A DNA stretch of 5,428 bases from a virus (lineage: Duplodnaviria > Heunggongvirae > Uroviricota > Caudoviricetes). Location: the IMG/VR virus record IMGVR_UViG_2778261035_000008, positions 1-5,428 of that record. One strand, 5' to 3'. The notes beneath the pieces are model-generated. The model saw nothing but the letters and a program-made list of their open reading frames with translations. It made no database searches and had not been told where the DNA came from. Positions 1 through 5,428 of the stretch are shown here, piece after piece. Numbering within the stretch: position 1 is the first letter of the stretch; every line of letters starts with the position of its first letter. A program made the position numbers and the translations under genes.

Positions 1-239
1 ACCGGTTTTGACTGGTCAGCGATGGCCTGCAACGATGCCGCCAGCGTGCCTTTTTTACCGGCCTTTGCAATTGCGCTTTGCACATTGGTAATCAGCACCG
101 GTTTATTGAGGGGGAAGGTTTCCGCATCCGCATCGCTGGCCGTGCAGACCATGCCGACAATGGCAGTGGATACGGTGGAAATGACGCGGGTGCCGTCGTT
201 AATCTCCAGCACCTGCACGCCATGATGATAGTCACTCAT
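1..239 (-). CDS. FI: Contractile tail sheath protein, N-terminal 79 codons (P2 gpFI-like); gene continues beyond the window's left edge
   Basis: Reverse complement from ATG (239..237) reads [79 protein letters not shown] with no stop before position 1. I recognise this as the N-terminus of P2-type tail sheath FI (recalled from memory, not searched). A GGAG Shine-Dalgarno (revcomp of 248..251) sits 8 nt upstream of the ATG. The + strand ORFs 22..225 and 78..293 are antisense shadows of this gene. Confidence 0.85.
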   Translation of the reverse strand, partial: MSDYHHGVQVLEINDGTRVISTVSTAIVGMVCTASDADAETFPLNKPVLITNVQSAIAKAGKKGTLAASLQAIADQSKP

Positions 240-827
240 CCGTTTAACTCCGTGGTTAATGGGTGCAACTATTTTCTGTTGGGCAGTGCATGAGACGCTA
301 TTTGACCTGACTGGTCAGTGGATGAAACAACAGATAAAGAAAAGGCGGGCAATCAGATTGCCTGTCCTGATTTGTACTCACTCATTTTCCGACTGACAGT
401 TTACATAGCCAAAACGCTATCAAATCTGACAGCCTGCTTGAGCGAGGAGCAGGCCTTGCAACTTCGTAGGCGCACTTTTAATATTTTTATGGGCAGTTAA
501 AAAACTTGTGGTATAAAGGCTCACCTACTGAACGTACTGTTGAATGAAGCGGGGTCTACAAGAATGAAAAAAATACGAACAGAACCGCCAACCGTTTCGG
601 TGAATAAATTAGTTTACGCTTATCCTGCACACTATTAATTTTAGAATCAAAAAAGACCAACTAAAATACAAAATAATTTTTACAGTGATTAGTTAATCAT
701 GAAAATATAAAGATAATCAAAACCACCACTTAAATTAACTGACACCCAAGCCTTGCAATGAAGATAACCCCCCGCAGCAGCGAGGTAATATCTTTTGTAT
801 CTATGTCGCAAAATATCACTCTTTTAC

Positions 828-856
828 TTGCTTAGAGCCCTCATAAGAGATACTTT
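828..856 (+). promoter_or_regulatory. Candidate sigma70-type promoter for the cargo gene (-35 TTGCTT 828..833, 17-nt spacer, -10 TACTTT 851..856)
   Basis: Read by eye in the AT-rich leader about 40 nt upstream of the ATG at 893. The -10 matches the consensus only at the T, A and final T positions. AT-rich DNA produces many such matches by chance. Confidence 0.2.
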
Positions 857-892
857 ATCAATCTTTATTCACGAACATCTAAATGGCAAATC

Positions 893-3055
893 ATGATAAA
901 CAATATAGTTATAAATAAAGTTGCAAGTTATAAGTCAAAATCAGAGTTAAATACTGATAAAAAAGTAAATATTATTTATGGTTTAAATGGAACAGGTAAA
1001 AGCACCTTCTCCAATTATTTCTATGACATAGATAATAAAAAATATGAGAATTGTTCCCACTCAGGTGAGTATGATGAAATCCTTGTCTACAATCAGAAAT
1101 TCATTCAGGATAACTTTTATGCAAAGGATTCTTTAAATGGAATATTTAGCTTGTCCAAGGAAAATAAAGAAGCAAAAGAAAAGGTTGAGAGCCTCACATT
1201 AGAAATAATAAAACTATCTGATGAAAAACGTGAAATTGAAAAAGAAATAACAGCACAAAACACCTCTGTTTCTGATGCAAAAAACAAAGCTCAAAATAAA
1301 ACATGGGAAATAAAAACCAACTATTCAGGTGGTGACAGGGTCCTTGAATTTTGTTTATTAGGAAAAATGGGAAGTAAAGAATCATTATTCAACCATCTTT
1401 GCTCCATTCCTTTACCTAATTCTAAGCCATCAAAAAACATCTCTGACTTAAAAGAAGAAGCAAGTGCGATTGATGGCGAAACAGCAATAAAATACAGCAT
1501 GCTAGAGGAGATTCACACCATCGTATTATCACTCGATGAAGTGGAATTACTTCAGAATATAATTGTGGGAAGTACAGATAGTCCCGTTTCATATCTTATA
1601 AGTAAGCTTCAGAACTCTGATTGGGTAAATGAAGGACTAAAATACTTAGAACAAACAGGAGATTCTCAGTGTCCATTTTGTCAATCTCAAATTATAACTG
1701 AAAACTTGGTTCAGCATATTCGCAACTATTTCGATGAAACGTATCAAGATAGTGTAAAAAAAATAAAATCCATTCAGACCAAATATAACTCATTGATTGA
1801 CAGTATTCCTTCACTGGATACTTATAAAGAATGCAAACTATCTTCAAATTATATAGTTCAATTAAGCGACTGTTACGCCCTGTTAAGAAAAGATACAGAG
1901 AGCAACTTGGAACTAATAAAGCAGAAGGTAACAAACCCCAGTACCCCAGTAACGCTGAATGATATATCCAACTCTGTTGATAACTTCAATTCATTAGTGA
2001 AATTAGTGAACAATGAAATAACCACACATAACTCAAAAATAGACAATGCAAAACACGAGCTAGAAAAAATAAAAATTTCTTTCTGGCAGCTCTTAAGGTA
2101 TGAGTATGATCAAACAATTTTAAATTTCAACGAAATAAAAGAAAGTGCAAACATTATAACAATCAGAAAAAACACCGCCAAAGATGAAAAAGAAGCAAAA
2201 ATAAAGACTAAAGATGCAGAACGGATTGAATATCAGAAATCAACAGTAAATATAGATGATGCCGTATTCAACATAAACCAAGGTTTAAATGACATCGGAA
2301 TCACAGATTTTCACATCGCAAAATATGAGGATACTCTTTATCGCATAGTACGTAATGACTCTAATTCTAAAGTATTCTCATCATTAAGTGAAGGCGAAAA
2401 AATGATTATCAGCCTTTTGTATTTTAGAGAACTATTCAGAGGTAAAAGAGTCGCCACCGAGGGTAAAACCAAAAAAATAGCTATAATCGATGATCCTGTA
2501 TCAAGCTTATCACATATTTTTGTCTACAATATAGGCCAACTAATAAAAAATGATTTCTTTAACTCTAATGAAATAGAGCAGATATTTGTTTTATCTCACA
2601 GCTTATATTTTTTCTATGAACTCGCTGATGCAAACCATGAAAGAAGAAAAGAAAATCAAAATTTATTTAGGCTTTCTAAAAACTCCAACGGCAGTTCAAT
2701 TATCTTAATGAAATACGATGAAATACAAAATGACTACCAGTCTTATTGGTCAGTAATCAATGATGACAAACAGCCTCCTGCCTTAATTGCTAACTGCATG
2801 AGAAATATAATTGAATACTTTTTCAATTTTGTACAAAAAGCAGATTTAAGCAATGTCACTCAAAAACCAGAGTTAAAAAAACCACGATTTCAATCCTTTA
2901 TTCGCTACATAAACAGAGAGTCACACTCATTAGGACAGAACATTTTTGACTTCAAGGAATTTAACTATAATGATTTCAAAGAAGGGCTTAGATTAGTGTT
3001 TGAGCACACAGGTTATTCTGCACATTATAAAAAAATGGCAAAAATAAAGAACTAA
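893..3055 (+). CDS. ABC-type ATPase with a CxxC-containing insertion and putative C-terminal nuclease domain; candidate RloC/PrrC-like anticodon nuclease (anti-phage abortive-infection protein). Function is inferred.
   Basis: 720-codon ORF, ATG 893 to TAA 3053..3055. An in-frame stop at 833..835 and no alternative start codon between make 893 the only possible start; no canonical SD. Motifs read from the translation: Walker A GLNGTGKST (aa 30-38, nt 980..1006); CPFC (aa 260-263, nt 1670..1681) in a Lys/Glu-rich region between Walker A and signature; signature-like LSEGEK (aa 498-503, nt 2384..2401); Walker B KIAIIDD(P) (aa 528-535, nt 2474..2497); H-loop-like VLSHS (His569, nt 2597..2599). 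C-terminal domain (aa ~585-720) has R637-x3-E641 (nt 2801..2815) and H678 (nt 2924..2926). Confidence that this is a real gene is ~0.9; confidence in the RloC/PrrC-like call is ~0.45. Confidence 0.8.
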   Translation: MINNIVINKVASYKSKSELNTDKKVNIIYGLNGTGKSTFSNYFYDIDNKKYENCSHSGEYDEILVYNQKFIQDNFYAKDSLNGIFSLSKENKEAKEKVESLTLEIIKLSDEKREIEKEITAQNTSVSDAKNKAQNKTWEIKTNYSGGDRVLEFCLLGKMGSKESLFNHLCSIPLPNSKPSKNISDLKEEASAIDGETAIKYSMLEEIHTIVLSLDEVELLQNIIVGSTDSPVSYLISKLQNSDWVNEGLKYLEQTGDSQCPFCQSQIITENLVQHIRNYFDETYQDSVKKIKSIQTKYNSLIDSIPSLDTYKECKLSSNYIVQLSDCYALLRKDTESNLELIKQKVTNPSTPVTLNDISNSVDNFNSLVKLVNNEITTHNSKIDNAKHELEKIKISFWQLLRYEYDQTILNFNEIKESANIITIRKNTAKDEKEAKIKTKDAERIEYQKSTVNIDDAVFNINQGLNDIGITDFHIAKYEDTLYRIVRNDSNSKVFSSLSEGEKMIISLLYFRELFRGKRVATEGKTKKIAIIDDPVSSLSHIFVYNIGQLIKNDFFNSNEIEQIFVLSHSLYFFYELADANHERRKENQNLFRLSKNSNGSSIILMKYDEIQNDYQSYWSVINDDKQPPALIANCMRNIIEYFFNFVQKADLSNVTQKPELKKPRFQSFIRYINRESHSLGQNIFDFKEFNYNDFKEGLRLVFEHTGYSAHYKKMAKIKN

Positions 3056-3100
3056 AAAACCGCAGTATATGGTTCAATGACTGAATTAATTATTCATCAC

Positions 3101-3131
3101 AGCCTATCAGGGATTTTATTATTGATAGGCT
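3101..3131. terminator. Stem-loop between convergent genes; possible intrinsic terminator for the cargo gene
   Basis: Perfect 9-bp inverted repeat AGCCTATCA (3101..3109) / TGATAGGCT (3123..3131) with a 13-nt loop, 46 nt after the cargo stop codon, followed on the + strand by ATTTATCTTATATAT. The tail is T-rich but not a clean T-run. Confidence 0.4.
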
Positions 3132-3200
3132 ATTTATCTTATATATCACCATGTTCGCATATCTGCTATTGCTTGCCCCTCCCGCTATCTAGCATGATCT

Positions 3201-3236
3201 TGACAGCTTCCGCTCGTGGCACAGAGCGGACTGTCA
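3201..3236 (-). terminator. Imperfect GC-rich hairpin downstream of gene G; possible terminator of the H-G tail fiber transcript
   Basis: TGACAG-CTTC-CGCTC / GAGCG-GA-CTGTCA around a GTGGCACA loop, about 60 nt past the G stop on the minus strand. No clear U-tract on the minus strand, so the terminator role is uncertain. Confidence 0.25.
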
Positions 3237-3292
3237 GATTAGGCTTTACTCTGTGCCATAGATATGTAAGCTCACACCAGAGCTCATACAAC

Positions 3293-3820
3293 TTATTGCG
3301 GCATTTCCGGCCATTCAGGATTTGCAGGATCCACACGACTGACCAGAACGCTGTAGCGTTCCCATGCTTCCAGTCGGCTGCGCTCCTCATCTGTTGCCAT
3401 GTTCAGTCTGACCGCGCGCTCCAGCAGCAAAATCACGGATTCAGCTTCGGAAAGTAAAGTTGCCTTTTGTGATTCTGCCAGTTGATGCTGTTCGTCTGCC
3501 GTATAAATCCGCTTAATCACGGCACCATCCTTAAACATCCATTTACCTGAGTCATCAGCACGTCGGTTGGCGGTAATATCAGGAACCTCGACAACGCTAA
3601 AACCTTCAGGGTTAAGCGTTGAAGCATCTCTGGTGATGCCGACAATTATATTATTCTCGTCGTAAACAATCTTTATCGTGTCTTCCTGAAAATTACTTAC
3701 TTCCTCATACCAGTTTTTTCCGTCTTCAGACCATAACCAGATAACATCAAAATTTTTTGTCAGTTGATATTGAGCAACAGTTTTGGGATTACCCGCAGTA
3801 ATATTTTTTAAATGCTGCAT
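3293..3820 (-). CDS. G: Tail fiber assembly (chaperone) protein, P2 gpG-like
   Basis: 175-codon ORF, ATG at 3820..3818 and TAA at 3295..3293. Translation [41 protein letters not shown]...[13 protein letters not shown] is recognised as P2 gpG-type tail fiber assembly protein (from memory). The start lies 3 nt after the H stop, with an AGGTG SD inside the last H codons, which is typical H-G coupling. Confidence 0.9.
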   Translation of the reverse strand: MQHLKNITAGNPKTVAQYQLTKNFDVIWLWSEDGKNWYEEVSNFQEDTIKIVYDENNIIVGITRDASTLNPEGFSVVEVPDITANRRADDSGKWMFKDGAVIKRIYTADEQHQLAESQKATLLSEAESVILLLERAVRLNMATDEERSRLEAWERYSVLVSRVDPANPEWPEMPQ

Positions 3821-3823
3821 AAA

Positions 3824-5428
3824 TTACACCTGTGCGACGTTATACCATGTGCCATTGATGTATTTTTGTATTGGTCTGAATACTGCGGGGTCATCACCAT
3901 CGACTTCACCGACAATACCAAGCCCTGTAATTACATGGCCTGATTTTTCATACATCACACCTTTTTGCATAGTCTGAACAATACGTGTGCCCAGGCGAAT
4001 ATCTCGTACATAGCGAGAATCCGATTCAGCTTTGGTATATGCACCAACATCTCCCGCAGAGGGTTTGCGGGTTGTGGTGTAAAACTCTGACCAGTCAGCC
4101 TCAAATCCATAACCATCACGTGCTGAACGATAAAAAATACCGCCGTTCTTATAATTCACACGGAACTGTACGGCAGGGCAACTCCCCGCATTCATATTGA
4201 AGTGGAGGATTAATGTCGATGCACCGCTGATATCTGCATCATAAACACCGCTATTCCAGTTCCAGCCAACAGCTTTATCATTTGCAACCCTGCTTCCTGT
4301 TTGCCCTAAAGCAAATGCAGGCTGCTGGTTTTTCGTGTTGTAGTCTCGTCGCCAGCCGGGGGCATAAGCATCACCATGATTAATATAAGTGAATTGAGCG
4401 TTAGTGGTGCCGCCTCCGGTAGAAGTGCTTGGTGTTGTTACACGGATGGTCATGGCACCTTTATTACCCATAACCTCAATAACGCAACCTGCAAGATGAA
4501 TAGTTCCACAGCCAGTATCGGTAATAATTTTATTATTGCCGTATGACCATGAACATTTGCACATCCAGTACGGATGATTAAATGCACCACGGGAATCCAG
4601 CCATTCAATAAACTGAGCGGTTGTCCAGTTTCCGGCTTCAGTGCTCAAAGCGCCGCTATAAGCACGACAGGCACCGATATTTTTCGTGAAGGTATCCTTT
4701 CCCGGAATATCCGCACCGTTCTGATCTTTCTGAAGACGTTTTTCAGCATTGTCATAGGCAGACTTCACCGCTTTTGGTGTTGCGGCCAGCGTTTCCGAAT
4801 CACTGTTGGTGGCGCTACTGAGCTGGACAAGGCCTTTCCGCGCCGTGGTGGCATCCTGCGCAGTGTATTTCCCGTTAGCAAGGTCATACGCTGTCTTAAC
4901 CGCCTTTGGAGTTGCTGCAAGCGTTTCAGAATCGCTGTTGGTGGCGCTACTGAGCTGGACAAGGCCTTTTCGCGTTGTGGTGGCGTCCTGTGCAGTGTAT
5001 TTCCCGTTAGCAAGGTCATATGCTGCCTTTACCGCTTTCGGCGTTGCGGCCAGTGTTTCAGACGTGCTGTTGGTCGCACTGCTTAACTGAGTAAAACCTT
5101 TTGCGGTCAGCGAGGCGTCAGGGTGACGTCGTGACTGTTCATGTTCTGCAATTTTGTCATCAACGTAATCCTGCGTTGCCATCACCGTTGTGGTGTCAAT
5201 GGTCAGCTCCACTGAGGCCACACTGCTGACGATGATGACCATGCGGCAGGTCTGCGAACGCCCTGAGCCTTCGGCAAGGGCTGGCTTATAACTTTCGGCC
5301 ATGTTCGCCACGGCAATTAACGTTCCCGCATCATCGTACAGGCCAAGCTCTCGCATCCAGAAACCGCCCACCTCCGGCGGAATAACCAGCTCTGCGATAA
5401 TATAATTACTGTTTCGTTTGTCCTGGCT
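3824..5428 (-). CDS. H: Tail fiber protein (P2 gpH-like N-terminal region, divergent C-terminal receptor-binding region); 5' end lies beyond the window's right edge
   Basis: Minus-strand frame is open from the window edge (5428) to TAA at 3826..3824. The ORF track's M at 5371 is a GTG codon; the frame upstream reads SQDKRNSNYIIAELVIPPEV without a stop, so the true start is outside the window. The part reading ...GGFWMRELGLYDDAGTLIAVANMAESYKPALAEGSGR...TIDTTTVMATQDYVDDKIAEH matches P2 gpH as I recall it, followed by tandem fiber repeats (SSATNSxSETLAATPKAVKxAYD) and a distinct C-terminal domain. Confidence 0.9.
   Translation of the reverse strand, partial: SQDKRNSNYIIAELVIPPEVGGFWMRELGLYDDAGTLIAVANMAESYKPALAEGSGRSQTCRMVIIVSSVASVELTIDTTTVMATQDYVDDKIAEHEQSRRHPDASLTAKGFTQLSSATNSTSETLAATPKAVKAAYDLANGKYTAQDATTTRKGLVQLSSATNSDSETLAATPKAVKTAYDLANGKYTAQDATTARKGLVQLSSATNSDSETLAATPKAVKSAYDNAEKRLQKDQNGADIPGKDTFTKNIGACRAYSGALSTEAGNWTTAQFIEWLDSRGAFNHPYWMCKCSWSYGNNKIITDTGCGTIHLAGCVIEVMGNKGAMTIRVTTPSTSTGGGTTNAQFTYINHGDAYAPGWRRDYNTKNQQPAFALGQTGSRVANDKAVGWNWNSGVYDADISGASTLILHFNMNAGSCPAVQFRVNYKNGGIFYRSARDGYGFEADWSEFYTTTRKPSAGDVGAYTKAESDSRYVRDIRLGTRIVQTMQKGVMYEKSGHVITGLGIVGEVDGDDPAVFRPIQKYINGTWYNVAQV
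4745..5101. repeat. Direct tandem repeat, 132-bp period, about 2.7 copies, inside tail fiber gene H (encodes 44-aa fiber repeats)
   Basis: Copies at 4970..5101, 4838..4969 and a partial copy at 4745..4837. The 132-bp period was verified by matching anchors (ACCGCTTTTGGTGT at 4767..4780 vs ACCGCCTTTGGAGT at 4899..4912 vs ACCGCTTTCGGCGT at 5031..5044). The protein repeats are KGFTQLSSATNSTSETLAATPKAVKAAYDLANGKYTAQDATTTR / KGLVQLSSATNSDSETLAATPKAVKTAYDLANGKYTAQDATTAR / KGLVQLSSATNSDSETLAATPKAVKSAYD. Confidence 0.85.

Noticed and set aside
22-293. Plus-strand ORFs 22..225 (67 aa) and 78..293 (71 aa)
   Set aside because: They lie antisense to the well-supported tail sheath FI N-terminus on the minus strand and have low-complexity Ala/Gly-rich translations, so they are shadow ORFs.
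318-500. 60-aa plus-strand ORF between FI and the cargo gene
   Set aside because: GTG-initiated with no SD and no recognisable motif, and it lies in the region that should hold the FI late promoter on the other strand. It might be a remnant of the ancestral Z/fun-slot gene, but I cannot support that.
240-520. Ogr/Delta-type P2 late promoter (TGT-N12-ACA dyad) upstream of FI on the minus strand
   Set aside because: I scanned the region by eye and found TGT and ACA triplets but no clean TGT-N12-ACA element at a sensible distance from the FI start. A late promoter is expected here, but I cannot place it.
1194-1934. Minus-strand ORFs 1194..1385 (63 aa) and 1692..1934 (80 aa)
   Set aside because: Both are fully embedded antisense within the 720-aa ATPase gene and have Phe/Leu-rich translations typical of antisense reading of an AT-rich, Lys/Glu-rich gene.
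893-3055. Alternative identity for the cargo protein: OLD-family or fused PARIS (AriA-AriB) ATPase-Toprim nuclease
   Set aside because: The C-terminal domain after the H-loop is only about 140 residues and I see no Toprim-like conserved Glu plus DxD motif. The CxxC-containing insertion fits RloC-type architecture better. This is not excluded without an HMM search.
3077-3457. Plus-strand ORF 3077..3457 (126 aa) and minus-strand ORF 3166..3390 (74 aa)
   Set aside because: They span the intergenic hairpin region and overlap the 3' end of gene G in the wrong frame or strand, with no start context, so they are spurious.
3783-4200. Plus-strand ORFs 3783..3977 (64 aa) and 3985..4200 (71 aa)
   Set aside because: Antisense to the tail fiber gene H, which is far better supported.
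4574-5090. ORFs 4574..5086 (+, 170 aa), 4806..5090 (+, 94 aa) and 4765..5019 (-, 84 aa) with internally repeated sequence
   Set aside because: These are alternative-frame and antisense readings of the 132-bp tandem repeats inside gene H. Their internal repetition mirrors the fiber repeat and does not indicate independent genes.
1-5428. CRISPR array, tRNA/rRNA gene, integrase or transposase, or attachment-site repeats
   Set aside because: No regularly spaced short repeats, no tRNA-like cloverleaf region and no recombinase ORF were seen. The cargo appears to sit in the hotspot without its own mobility gene in this window.

Overview
This window is part of the tail-gene region of a P2-like prophage, with the phage genes on the minus strand: tail fiber gene H (3824..5428, 5' end beyond the window), tail fiber assembly gene G (3293..3820) and the first 79 codons of tail sheath gene FI (1..239). 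Between G and FI, where phage P2 carries its Z/fun locus (a known hotspot for anti-phage defence cargo), lies one strongly AT-rich gene on the opposite strand (893..3055). It encodes a 720-aa ABC-type ATPase with Walker A, signature-like, Walker B and H-loop motifs, a long insertion holding a CPFC (CxxC) motif, and a ~140-aa C-terminal domain with an Arg-x3-Glu...His arrangement like that of PrrC/RloC anticodon nucleases. I read it as a stand-alone, horizontally acquired abortive-infection-type defence gene. The family assignment is inference from motifs read by eye and needs profile-HMM or structure confirmation. Other features are a 132-bp tandem repeat inside H, two hairpins between the convergent gene ends, and a weak candidate promoter. 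No tRNA, rRNA, CRISPR or transposase signal was seen.
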